DNA of 64,000 nucleotides from Kiritimatiellia bacterium. Lineage in GTDB: Bacteria; Verrucomicrobiota; Kiritimatiellia; RFP12; DVOR01. The DNA lies in contig JAVBMC010000028.1 of NCBI GenBank assembly GCA_031552845.1, positions 4,047-68,046 of the forward strand. The letters are read 5' to 3'. A model generated the notes under the pieces. That model worked only from the letters and a program-made list of their open reading frames with translations. It was not told the origin of the DNA and made no database searches. Shown one piece after another: positions 9,583-19,500 of this stretch; positions within the stretch are counted from its first letter, which is position 1, and every line of letters begins with the position of its first letter. Made by a program: the position numbers and the translations under genes.

Positions 9583-9700
9583 GAGCGCCGCTGCGGCGGA
9601 CGGTTGACGCTATCAAGCGCCGCAAAATCAGTTTAGGTGTAGGGCGTGGACATCGAGACGTCCTGATGGTTATTAGTATAAGAATTGAAAAGCAGTTATC

Positions 9701-11032
9701 ATGTCAGAAGCAGAATTAAATAACCGTGACATTGCGGCGGCGGCCACACCGGCAACAGTCAGCCGCAATGGACATTACGTGCCGCCGGAAATTGTACGGC
9801 AGGGCAGTTTAGTTATTGGCCGCAAGATCAATATTGCTTGTGTCGGCATTGGCGGTATGGGATTCAACGACGCCGCGCATTGGTCGGGCGAGAACATCGT
9901 CGCGCTGTGCGACGTCGATAACAGAGCCGCGCGCAAAACCCGCGAGCGCAACCCTACGGCGCAGTACTTCCGTGACTACCGGGAAATGCTGGCGAAGTAT
10001 GGAGATAAAATTGACGCGGTGACAGTCACCACGCCTGACCACACGCATTTCTCGATTGCTGTGGCGGTGCTGCAAGCCGGCAAACACCTTTATCTGCAGA
10101 AGCCGTTGACGTACTCTATTGAAGAATCACGCCTGCTGCTTGAGGCCGCCCGCGTGCATGGCGTCAAAACGCAGATGGGCAATCAAGCGCATAGCACTGA
10201 AGCGCCGCGCTTGTGCAAAGAATGGATCGCCGCCGGTGTGATTGGCGACGTCAAGCATATTGATGTTTGGACCGACCGCCCCGTCTGGCCGCAGAACTGC
10301 ATGCCGCCGTCAGCGGGACAGACGCTGCCGGGCGGCGTGGATTGGGAGTTGTGGCTGAACGTGGGGCCGGTGCGGCCCTATCACAGCTGTTATATGCCAT
10401 TCCGCTGGCGCGGCTGGTGGGAGTTCGGTACCGGTGCTTTAGGTGATATGGGCTGCCAGCTGCTCAATGACGCTTACTTCGCTTTGGATTTGAAGGCGCC
10501 TTCGCACGTCGAGCTCCTCGAGGCTGACGGCGGTAACGAACATGCGCCGCCGGCCGGCGCCAAGATCAAATACAGCTTTCCGCAGCGTGGTCACTTTGCG
10601 CCCTGTACGCTCACCTGGCACGAGGGCACGTGCAAGCCGCCGGTTCCGAAAGAACTCAGCGAAGACGGGCACCATATCTCCGCCAACGGAACTTTGTTCT
10701 ATGGCACCAAGGGCATTCTCTATTCAAGCGAGGGTGGCGTCGTGCGCCTGTTGCCCGATGCTGTTATGGCGACCTTCAAGAAGCGTCCGCCTAAATCACT
10801 GCCGCGCATCACCGGGAACGACCACTATTGGAATTGGCTTGAGGCCATCCGCGGCAACATTCCTGAGGCGTGCTCGAACTTTGAATATGCCGCACCGCTG
10901 AACGAACTGTGTGCGATCGGCAATCTCGCCATCCGTTCAGGCCGCAGCTTTGATTGGGACTCCGCGGCGATGCAAGCCTCTGACCCGCAAGCGCAGGCCT
11001 ACGTGCGGCGCAGCGTTTACCGCAAATTTTAA
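9701..11032 (+). CDS. Gfo/Idh/MocA oxidoreductase with degenerate signal peptide (paralog 3)
   Basis: GIGGMG, TPDHTH, QKPLT, GDMGCQ; N-terminus ELNNRDIA lacks RR. Confidence 0.92.
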   Translation: MSEAELNNRDIAAAATPATVSRNGHYVPPEIVRQGSLVIGRKINIACVGIGGMGFNDAAHWSGENIVALCDVDNRAARKTRERNPTAQYFRDYREMLAKYGDKIDAVTVTTPDHTHFSIAVAVLQAGKHLYLQKPLTYSIEESRLLLEAARVHGVKTQMGNQAHSTEAPRLCKEWIAAGVIGDVKHIDVWTDRPVWPQNCMPPSAGQTLPGGVDWELWLNVGPVRPYHSCYMPFRWRGWWEFGTGALGDMGCQLLNDAYFALDLKAPSHVELLEADGGNEHAPPAGAKIKYSFPQRGHFAPCTLTWHEGTCKPPVPKELSEDGHHISANGTLFYGTKGILYSSEGGVVRLLPDAVMATFKKRPPKSLPRITGNDHYWNWLEAIRGNIPEACSNFEYAAPLNELCAIGNLAIRSGRSFDWDSAAMQASDPQAQAYVRRSVYRKF

Positions 11033-11068
11033 AAGCCCTTCTGCCGCAGTGGAAAGGGCGGTGAAACT

Positions 11069-13012
11069 ATGGTTGATTTTAAGAATGTCGAAGTCCGCTT
11101 CGGGCGTGAAGCGCTTTTGGAAGACGTCACCTTTCGGATCAATGCAGGCGAACGTATCGGCATTGTCGGCCCCAACGGTGCGGGCAAGTCTACGCTCTTC
11201 CGATTAATTCTCAATGAGCATGGCCCCGACGGCGGCGAAGTCAACCTTGAGGGTAGCCCGCGCATTGGATATGTGCGGCAGCACCTGCAGCCCGATACAC
11301 CGGATGAGACGCTGCTTGAATACAGCCTGCGCGGCATTCCAGGACTCCACGAAATGGAGCAGCGGATTCACGAGCTTGAGCATCGCCTTGCTGAGTCCGA
11401 TGATGCTGCGGAGAAGAACCGTATCCTGCGCGAACTGGGTGATTTGAGCGTTGAGTTTGAACACCTCGGCGGTTATACGATTGAAGCGCGCGTGAAAGAA
11501 TCGCTCGGCGGCTTGGGTTACAGCACGGCAGACTTTGAAAAGCCTTTCGTCAGTTTCAGCGGCGGCTGGCGCATGCGTGCGGAGCTTTCACGCGTGTTGG
11601 CCTCCAACCCGACGATGCTGCTGCTCGACGAACCCTCCAACTATCTCGACGTGCCTGCTGTTGAATGGTTGCAGCGTTACCTGCGTACATATGAAGGTAC
11701 GCTCGTATTGATTTCTCATGACCGCTATCTGCTGCGCAACCTCACTAACATCACCGTGGAGGTCGATGGCGGCACCGCTACGCGGTATAACGGCGATTTG
11801 GATTTTTACCTGCGCGAGCGAGATGTCCGTTACGAACAGCTGCTCGCCCGCAAAGCCAATCAAGACCGTAAGGTTGAGCAGATGGAAAAGTTCATCGCCA
11901 CCTTCAAAGCCAAAGCCGCCACCGCCGCCATGGCACAAAGCCGCGCTAAGCAGTTGGAGAAGATGGAAATCGTTAAGCTCCCTGCGCGCAGCCGTTCGGC
12001 GGGCGTGCTGCGGATTGCCCCGGCACCGCATGCGGGCGCCGAGATTGTCCGGCTGGAGGCGCTCAGCTTTGGTTACGATGCCGCCAAGCCCATTATCAAA
12101 GATCTGGACTTGCGGATCGTGCGCGGCGAGAAGGTCGCCATCGTCGGTTACAACGGCATGGGCAAAACGACCCTCCTGCGTTTGCTCTCCGGTCAGCGTC
12201 AACCCACTGCGGGCAAGCTCGTGTATGGACATCATGTAATTCCGGGCTACCAGTCCCAAGAGTTTGCCGAGACGATGGATCCCGACATGACCGTCTTTGA
12301 GCTCGCCAAGCAGGTCGCCGGTGTTGTCGAGAAAGATCTGCGCAACTGCCTCGGCAGTTTCGGGTTCTCGCAGGATGACACTTTCAAGCCCGCTAAAGTG
12401 CTCAGCGGCGGTGAGAAAATCCGTTTGGCCTTTCTGCGCCTCTTCCTCTCTCCGCCGAACTTCATGCTGCTCGACGAACCGACCACGCACTTGGATATGG
12501 AAGGGCGCACGGCGCTCGAAGCCGCCCTCAAGAAATACGACGGGACTCTGTGCGTCGTCAGCCATGATATTGAGTTTGTGCGGGCGGTTGCGGATTGCAT
12601 TATTGAGATATCACCCTCAGGCGTACGGCGTTTCCCTGGGGGCTACGACTATTATTCGGAGAAGATCGCGGAAGAACAGGGACGCTCCAGCGCTCAAGCA
12701 TCTCCGTCCGCATCCGCCACAAAAACGAAGGCGGCCGACGAACCGAAGTTGAGCTCCAAGCAGCTGCGCCAGCTACGCGCCCAGCAACGGGCGCAGAACC
12801 AGAATCCGGATCAAAAGCGCCTCAAGGCCAAGGTGGAGAAGTTGGAACGCGACATCGCCGAGCGCGAGCAGAAAGTTGCCGAGCTGACCCAATCCCTGAC
12901 CGTTGACGGGGCCGATTATGCCGGAATCTCAAAACAGATAAAAGCACTTCAGTTCGAACTGCACCAGTTAACGCTTGACTGGGAAGCTACAGCTGTTAAA
13001 ATAGAGGCGTAG
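11069..13012 (+). CDS. ABC-F family ATP-binding protein
   Basis: Two ABC domains (GPNGAGKS/FSGGWRMR/LLDEP; GYNGMGKT/LSGGEK/LLDEPT), no TM, C-terminal coiled coil. Confidence 0.95.
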   Translation: MVDFKNVEVRFGREALLEDVTFRINAGERIGIVGPNGAGKSTLFRLILNEHGPDGGEVNLEGSPRIGYVRQHLQPDTPDETLLEYSLRGIPGLHEMEQRIHELEHRLAESDDAAEKNRILRELGDLSVEFEHLGGYTIEARVKESLGGLGYSTADFEKPFVSFSGGWRMRAELSRVLASNPTMLLLDEPSNYLDVPAVEWLQRYLRTYEGTLVLISHDRYLLRNLTNITVEVDGGTATRYNGDLDFYLRERDVRYEQLLARKANQDRKVEQMEKFIATFKAKAATAAMAQSRAKQLEKMEIVKLPARSRSAGVLRIAPAPHAGAEIVRLEALSFGYDAAKPIIKDLDLRIVRGEKVAIVGYNGMGKTTLLRLLSGQRQPTAGKLVYGHHVIPGYQSQEFAETMDPDMTVFELAKQVAGVVEKDLRNCLGSFGFSQDDTFKPAKVLSGGEKIRLAFLRLFLSPPNFMLLDEPTTHLDMEGRTALEAALKKYDGTLCVVSHDIEFVRAVADCIIEISPSGVRRFPGGYDYYSEKIAEEQGRSSAQASPSASATKTKAADEPKLSSKQLRQLRAQQRAQNQNPDQKRLKAKVEKLERDIAEREQKVAELTQSLTVDGADYAGISKQIKALQFELHQLTLDWEATAVKIEA

Positions 13013-13047
13013 GCAAAACCGCTTACGCCAACAGAAGGGAACGCCCC

Positions 13048-16000
13048 ATGTCTCAATATCGGCAGGTGACGCAATCTGTTTTCAGCAGAGTATTTTTGCT
13101 GTTGGGCCTTTGTTTTGCCTGGCAGACCATGGCGGCGGTGATTACGCCTCAGCAATCAAAGACAGCCGTCAGCAACTGGCTGCGTAAGGATGCCCGTCCG
13201 ATGGGTGCGGCATTTCGCGGCGTGGTGCGGGATGCACAGGTTTTTGCGGATGCCCAAGGCACGCCGCTTTTCAACTGCGTTAATCTCGAGAATGGCGGTT
13301 TCGTCATTACCTCAGCTGATGACGGCATCATGCCGATTGTGGCCTTCTCCGGCTCCGGCACGTTTGATGCCGATCCCCGCAATCCCTTGTGGACGCTCCT
13401 CAACCGCGACATGCCCAAGCGCGCCGCGCGGGTGCAACAAGGCGCCGGTGCTGCTTTAAAGATGATGGCTGCTTCAACTGCTCCGACGATGGCCGCGGAT
13501 GCGCCGCAACAGGCATGGGCTAAACTTCTGACAGCACCCGGTCCGGCGTTGAAGATGTCATCCGGTGGTGCGGCTCAAGAAACCATTAGCGACGTACGCG
13601 TCGCGCCGTTGGTCCAAGCGCGTTGGAATCAGGCTGAGGCTGGCGGGCAGAACGTGTTCAACTACTACACGCCTAACAATTACGTCTGTGGTTGTGTTGC
13701 TACGGCGACCGCGCAAATCATGCATTATCACCGCTATCCGACCGCATCGGTCACTCCGGTGCTGGAACGTAAGTGTTCCGTGGATAGAGTGCTGACGCCG
13801 CTCTCGATGCTCGGCGGCGTGTATGACTGGGATAACATGCCGGCGGAGCCCGACTGGGATACCACCGAAACAGAGGCGGAGGCTATTGGCAAGTTGACGT
13901 TCGACCTCGGTGTTGCATTTTACGCTGATTATACGGATTTTGAAACAGGGGCCTATTCTTATTTTGTCGGCAAAGAACTCCAAGCAACATTCGGCTATGC
14001 GTCAGCACGATACATTACGCGTTACAACGAGAGCGCCGGAGTACTTCCATTCGTGGCCGATGCCGTATTGTCGAATCTGGATGCCGGTTATCCTGTGGAG
14101 TTTGGCATACAGGGATCATCCGGCGGCCACGCGATTGTCGGTGATGGTTACGGGTATCAAGAGGGCTTGCTTTACGTCCATCTGAATATGGGCTGGGGCG
14201 GGGTGGAAGATATGTGGTATAACCTGCCAACTGTTGAAGGTCGTTTCTCCTTTTCTGTCGTAGATGACATTGTTTACAACATCTTTCCGGATGCTACGGG
14301 CGAAATCATCAGCGGGCGCGTTTTAACTAACGGTGTTCCGGTTGCAGGCGCGACGGTCATTCCCCGGCAGGCGGGCGCTGCTACCGATTTGCCTGCGGTG
14401 CAAACCAACGACAAAGGCATTTATTGGTTCAGGGTGCCTTCTCCAAACTCCGGCACGGTCAATTATGACATTCAGGTGATTGCGGAAGAGGGAGCGTTCA
14501 CCGGCCTTCAGACCGTTGGCGTCACCAAGAGCATTTCCACCGAAATGGATTATGATGAAGATGAACAGATTCTTTGGTACTCCTTCCCGGTCGGCAGCGT
14601 TGGCAATCGCTGGGGCGTTGATATCACTCTTGAGAGAACCGTCGAATTAGCCGAAGCGCTGGGCACGACCGGTTTGATTTGGATTACCGGCGGCAGTGCG
14701 CCATGGTTTGGGCAGAGCGTCAAAACCGCAGATGGCGTGAGTGCTGCGCAAAGCGGCGAGGTTCCTGTTGGCGAAAACTCTTGGCTGCAGACCACGGTCA
14801 CCGGTCCCGGCACATTGATTTTCAAATGGAGTCTGGATAGCAAGGTCAGTGGTGATAAAGTTGATTTTACCGTTGATGGCAGCCGCAAAAAAGTCGTGTC
14901 CGTCACCACACCTTGGACAACCATCACCAACACAATAGGCGAAGGTGTGCACACTTTGCGTTGGACATTTATACGCGGCGTTGACTCTCCTCCCCCTTCC
15001 GTTGCCGCCTGGCTGGATCAGGTCGTTTGGCGTTCCACGCTGCTGGTTGATGTCACGTTTGATTATCAGGACGGCATCACGCTGCCCACCCGGCAGTCTC
15101 TCCAAGCCGGTTTAGCCTACGGCACGCTGCCCGCGCCTAAACGTACGGGATATGTGTTTGAAGGCTGGTATACCGATCCGACTGCCGGTGTTCAAGTTAC
15201 AGCCGCTTCAACGGTGCCGACTGCTGCGCTCACGCTCTACGCCCGTTGGTCAGTTGAACCGGTGCTGATTCTTATCACCTTTAATCCCAACAGCGGTAAA
15301 GTCTCCCCAACAAGCAAGTCGTTTGAGGTGAACGTCCCTTTTGGCGAACTGCCGGTGCCCACGCGCGCCGGCTACGTGTTTGACGGCTGGTTCAGCGCAC
15401 AAAGCGGTGGCAGTGAAATCACCGCTGATGATTTAGTGCCCGAGGTCAAAACCACGCTCTACGCCCAATGGATCAAGGCATATACGCTCACGGTTAAAAA
15501 TGGAGCCGCATCCGAATCGGCACTCTTCCCCGAAGCTCTTGCGGATATCACGGCTGATGCTGCGCCAGCCAATCAAGAGTTCCAAAAGTGGACCCTCTCG
15601 CCCGCCTCGGTTACTTTTGCGGCTGGATTCAGCGCAACGGATGCTTCAACTCGGATTGTCATGCCTGCTGCAAATGTCACGCTGACGGCAGTGTATATCA
15701 AAGCCGCAGGTTCGCTGGGAGTTGAGTGGGTATCGAACATCCCTGGCAAGACTGTCGATGGCGTGCAATGGTCAACCGATAAAAAGACATGGTATAACGC
15801 TGATGAAATCCAGCGTCTGACATCCGGCACGTACACCCTTTCGCTCCGTTCGACGAACGGCCAATGGCTCCTGCCTGCATCAGTAAAGGTTACGCTGAAC
15901 GCAGGGCCGGCTGATTCGCCGACTCTGGCGTCGGTGGCCTGCGAATACGCCCCCGCGTTTAACCCCGATACGCTTGCGGGACTTGGCGGTGCTGAGCCGA

Positions 16001-17430
16001 CCGATGCTTCCGGCACATGGGATGCCGCAGCGCAGCAGATGAGTTGGGATGGTTTATATGTCGGCCTGCGTGCCAAGCTCGGGCCGTTGCCGTTGAGCGA
16101 CAACGCCCCTGCGGTCAAGCTCGCCAGCGGCAAGCTGCCTACGGGACTTGCGCTGACGGTGGTGGATGGGGCTTATTACATTGCAGGGATTCCCTCCAAG
16201 GCGGGTGTTTGCGCGGGCGTGCTGCAGGCGATCAATGGCAAAAAGAACGGCGAGCGCATCGCCGCCGCATGGAACGTGGCTGATCTGCCTGCGGAATACG
16301 TGGGCACCTTCAACGGCGTTTATACCGCGACGACTAATGACGTCACCAGCCACAGCGCCTTGACGCTGACCGTTGCCAAGACCGGCAAGCTCACAGGCTC
16401 GGTTAACCTCGGCGGTAAAAAATACACGCTCAAAGCCGATGCGTTTGACGCGGTTGATCACGCCACCGGCGCGATGACGCTCACCAATGGCGCCCTCATC
16501 TGCACCAGCCCCAAACTCACCCATGCAGTGGCTTTGACCATCAGCTTGAGCGGTGCCGGGTTGGGAGTCTTTAGCGTAGCGAATGCTCTTGATGGTGATG
16601 CTGATTTCTTTGCCGGCCAAGCTGTCCGCAACGGCTGGAGCGATAAGACTGTCACTGCACAAAAAGAACTGCGCACCAACGCGCTCGCTTGGACAAAGGG
16701 CTACTACACGCTCGCGCTCGCACCGGAGGTGGATGGTTCTTATGGCGCGGGCTACGTCACCCTCACGGTCGATGCCAAGGGAGCGGTCAAAGCCGCAGGC
16801 AAACTTGCCGACGGCACCTCTGCCAGCGGCAGCGGGGTGCTGCTCGTGACCGATGCCGATGTCTCGACAGTCATCGCCCTTGCGCCCAGCGCGTATAAGG
16901 GAGGGGAGTTCTACCTCAACGTCAGATTCATTCAAGATGCAGGCGGCACTCGCATTGAAACTGTGGAAGACGCCAGCTGGGTCAACCGTGTACTCACAAG
17001 CACCTCGGACGGACCCTTTGAACGTGCGCCGATTGTGCAAGGTGGCTGGTACAGCCCGCTGGCCAACCTGCGTGCGGTTTATGCCAACGCCATTGACAGC
17101 GTTCACCTGCAAGCCGACCGGATCGAGCAAGATGTTGAAGTCTTCTTTAACGCCAAAGGCACAGGCGTCGATGCCCTGCCCAAAGGCAACGCCCACAGCG
17201 TCAAGCTCACCCTTACTCCCAAGACGGGACTCTTCAGCGGCAGCTTCAACGAGACGGGGGTCAAAACCGCCTACAAACTCTACGGCGTACTCACCCCCTA
17301 CTTAACTGATAGCGACAACACCGCCGGACTCGGCTACTACAGCATCCCTGTGGCAGGTCCGCCCAAAACGCAAGTCTCGGAACTCTTCCGCCTCCTGACG
17401 GAAGCCCCGGAACCTGTAGAACAACCTTAA
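13048..17430 (+). CDS. Secreted C10-family (streptopain-like) cysteine protease with InlB B-repeats and large C-terminal region
   Basis: Signal peptide; Spi-like prodomain GGFVITSADD; catalytic CGCVATA and GGHAIVGDGY..H.NMGWGG; two LP.P.R.GY.F.GW..LYA.W repeats. Confidence 0.88.
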   Translation: MSQYRQVTQSVFSRVFLLLGLCFAWQTMAAVITPQQSKTAVSNWLRKDARPMGAAFRGVVRDAQVFADAQGTPLFNCVNLENGGFVITSADDGIMPIVAFSGSGTFDADPRNPLWTLLNRDMPKRAARVQQGAGAALKMMAASTAPTMAADAPQQAWAKLLTAPGPALKMSSGGAAQETISDVRVAPLVQARWNQAEAGGQNVFNYYTPNNYVCGCVATATAQIMHYHRYPTASVTPVLERKCSVDRVLTPLSMLGGVYDWDNMPAEPDWDTTETEAEAIGKLTFDLGVAFYADYTDFETGAYSYFVGKELQATFGYASARYITRYNESAGVLPFVADAVLSNLDAGYPVEFGIQGSSGGHAIVGDGYGYQEGLLYVHLNMGWGGVEDMWYNLPTVEGRFSFSVVDDIVYNIFPDATGEIISGRVLTNGVPVAGATVIPRQAGAATDLPAVQTNDKGIYWFRVPSPNSGTVNYDIQVIAEEGAFTGLQTVGVTKSISTEMDYDEDEQILWYSFPVGSVGNRWGVDITLERTVELAEALGTTGLIWITGGSAPWFGQSVKTADGVSAAQSGEVPVGENSWLQTTVTGPGTLIFKWSLDSKVSGDKVDFTVDGSRKKVVSVTTPWTTITNTIGEGVHTLRWTFIRGVDSPPPSVAAWLDQVVWRSTLLVDVTFDYQDGITLPTRQSLQAGLAYGTLPAPKRTGYVFEGWYTDPTAGVQVTAASTVPTAALTLYARWSVEPVLILITFNPNSGKVSPTSKSFEVNVPFGELPVPTRAGYVFDGWFSAQSGGSEITADDLVPEVKTTLYAQWIKAYTLTVKNGAASESALFPEALADITADAAPANQEFQKWTLSPASVTFAAGFSATDASTRIVMPAANVTLTAVYIKAAGSLGVEWVSNIPGKTVDGVQWSTDKKTWYNADEIQRLTSGTYTLSLRSTNGQWLLPASVKVTLNAGPADSPTLASVACEYAPAFNPDTLAGLGGAEPTDASGTWDAAAQQMSWDGLYVGLRAKLGPLPLSDNAPAVKLASGKLPTGLALTVVDGAYYIAGIPSKAGVCAGVLQAINGKKNGERIAAAWNVADLPAEYVGTFNGVYTATTNDVTSHSALTLTVAKTGKLTGSVNLGGKKYTLKADAFDAVDHATGAMTLTNGALICTSPKLTHAVALTISLSGAGLGVFSVANALDGDADFFAGQAVRNGWSDKTVTAQKELRTNALAWTKGYYTLALAPEVDGSYGAGYVTLTVDAKGAVKAAGKLADGTSASGSGVLLVTDADVSTVIALAPSAYKGGEFYLNVRFIQDAGGTRIETVEDASWVNRVLTSTSDGPFERAPIVQGGWYSPLANLRAVYANAIDSVHLQADRIEQDVEVFFNAKGTGVDALPKGNAHSVKLTLTPKTGLFSGSFNETGVKTAYKLYGVLTPYLTDSDNTAGLGYYSIPVAGPPKTQVSELFRLLTEAPEPVEQP

Positions 17431-17466
17431 ATATTTCTTCTGCGTACGCTGCTAAACGGTTCAATT

Positions 17467-17517
17467 TGTGCCAGTCTTGTGAAATAGAAGTTTCACTAGG
17501 CTGGCGCATTTGTTTCT
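17467..17517. terminator. Long hairpin between convergent genes, likely terminator
   Basis: GTGCCAGTCTTGTGAAA-tagaag-TTTCACTAGGCTGGCGC then ATTTGTTTCT. Confidence 0.55.
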
Positions 17518-17530
17518 CTAGAGTGACATA

Positions 17531-17621
17531 TTTGCGTTAAACGTTTGACGCAAACTTGGCAAACATTGGATCCTGCGTTGGCAAACGTTGAAAACCTACT
17601 TGCCAAACGTTTGGCACAAAA
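17531..17621. repeat. Degenerate tandem array, 22-bp period, core TTGGCAAACGTTTG
   Basis: AAAC(G/A)TT at 17539, 17561, 17583, 17605; perfect palindrome TGCCAAACGTTTGGCA at 17601-17616. Confidence 0.85.
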
Positions 17622-17691
17622 TCCCCCTTTACATCATGCCGGATTTTTACGTGCGGCGCGCTTGGCGCGGTGCCACAGGCACATTCATGCC

Positions 17692-19497
17692 CTACCTTTG
17701 GGGAGTAGGGCGGGCTGGCACTTCACACAAGCGCGGTAGATGAACGTAGGTGACGCGTCCGTCGGAGTGGCGACGGAAGGCTTCGATGGTGGTGTTCTTG
17801 CGGACGAAGCGGAGGTCTTCAAAGCAGGTGTCGCCATCGGCATCGGTTTCGATAACCTGCCAGTCAGCATCAAGCGGATAGGTGCGGGTGGTGATTTGGT
17901 TGTGGTGGTCGGTGATGAGGATGAGGCGTTTGTCACGGTAGATGTTGATGGTGAGGCGTACGCCGTCTAAGGGGTCGATGTCGCATGCGGTGACGGCGCA
18001 GGTGAGGGCGGGGTCTTCCGGATCGAAGCGGTAGTGATTGGGCGGGGTAACGCAAGTCTGGCGGGCGGTGGTTTTCTTTTTGAATGGGAAGGTGAGATCA
18101 AGTAGAGATTTGGCAAGTTCATTTGTTTCGGCAGCTTTGTAGAATGGGAGCAAGGCCATCGGAACAAAGGGCTTGCCCGGTGAGGCCAGAAATACCTCGT
18201 TGCGATCGTTTATGGAGCTGATGCTGATGACGTTGGTGCCGTGATCGATGCTGTGTCGGAAAGAGTAGTTGATTTCTTTGGCGGCATGGATGTTGTAGGA
18301 GTAACAGCAACTGCCACTCGTATATTGCATGACATCGGCAATACGCTTATCTTCTCGGATAAGAACGGAGTGGCGCGGAGGCGTGGAGGCGGTTTTGTAG
18401 AGTTTGCGATGGTTGGGGTTGGTTACCAGAAACACTTCAAATAGCGCTGGTTCCGTTGGGGTATAGGTGTGAGTCACGTAACGTAAATTGTTGCTGACGG
18501 TTATGCTTGTTTGTGCCGGAGTCTCGAGGAAGGAGAGGCGTATGCGTTCCGCATCAGTCGGGATAATGAGGGGATGGTATTGAGCTTCAATGAAGTTGTT
18601 GTTGCTTTGGATGAGGGGGCGGAAGCATTCAATGTCGGGCTCATGCGTCAAAGTATCGAGTGCTGCGAGTTGTTCGAACGAGATACGCTTGAGGATTCGT
18701 TGCATGGCGTTAGCGACGTCAATGGGAGTGAGTTTACGGGTTGTGTCCGTGTGATAGGCGGCAAAGCAGTTGGTGCCGTTGTAGAGGGTAATAAGAGTAT
18801 CACACGAGTCGCCGTAAATCCTAAATTGATAGGGCGGCATGTTGTAGGCGGTGACTTCTAGCTTGTGTGTTTCGTTGGTGGCTGGCATCGCAATCGTGCT
18901 GTTGACGACAATGCCATCTTTGACAATTTGGATGATGCTGTTGCGGCTAATATCCGTAGCACCTGTGATGCGGTGTGCTGTATAATTTGTACAACCGGCG
19001 AAGACGCTATGGTTGAGTGTGATGTTGCCGATCGTATTGGTTTCAATTATCTGCAGAAACTTGGTGCGGAAATCCCATAGCCGGACTTGAGAGTCTTCAT
19101 AAGAAAGAACGGCGGGATAAACGGCCTCCCATGAAGAGAAGGATGACGGAGTTGTGTAAACATCTTGCAGGATGTCACCGCGGCGGATGACAATCGTGCC
19201 GGGCATGAGGTGCTTGGCAGCGTTGAATTTATCATCGCGTTTTTGCCAGTTTTCCTCAGTATCCCAAGGAGCTGTCATATACTCCTCCCATGCGGTGGCG
19301 GTTGTATAGGTGAGGGTGTAGTCGCCGAGTGTGAATGTACGGATAGTCTCACGATTGTTGGTTTGGGTGGTGAGATAGTCACCCGATTTATTCACCCATC
19401 CGATGTATGTTCCGTAAAGGTAGACGCTGCCGATGAAGACACTGAGAATAACGGCGAGGGCTAAGAGCGTGAACAAACAACCTTTGACGTACTTCAT
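17692..19497 (-). CDS. Hypothetical membrane-anchored protein (601 aa)
   Basis: N-terminal TM helix; AAGGA RBS 3 bp after upstream stop; C-terminal ETDADGD domain shared with neighbour. Confidence 0.75.
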   Translation of the reverse strand: MKYVKGCLFTLLALAVILSVFIGSVYLYGTYIGWVNKSGDYLTTQTNNRETIRTFTLGDYTLTYTTATAWEEYMTAPWDTEENWQKRDDKFNAAKHLMPGTIVIRRGDILQDVYTTPSSFSSWEAVYPAVLSYEDSQVRLWDFRTKFLQIIETNTIGNITLNHSVFAGCTNYTAHRITGATDISRNSIIQIVKDGIVVNSTIAMPATNETHKLEVTAYNMPPYQFRIYGDSCDTLITLYNGTNCFAAYHTDTTRKLTPIDVANAMQRILKRISFEQLAALDTLTHEPDIECFRPLIQSNNNFIEAQYHPLIIPTDAERIRLSFLETPAQTSITVSNNLRYVTHTYTPTEPALFEVFLVTNPNHRKLYKTASTPPRHSVLIREDKRIADVMQYTSGSCCYSYNIHAAKEINYSFRHSIDHGTNVISISSINDRNEVFLASPGKPFVPMALLPFYKAAETNELAKSLLDLTFPFKKKTTARQTCVTPPNHYRFDPEDPALTCAVTACDIDPLDGVRLTINIYRDKRLILITDHHNQITTRTYPLDADWQVIETDADGDTCFEDLRFVRKNTTIEAFRRHSDGRVTYVHLPRLCEVPARPTPQR

Positions 19498-19500
19498 GAG

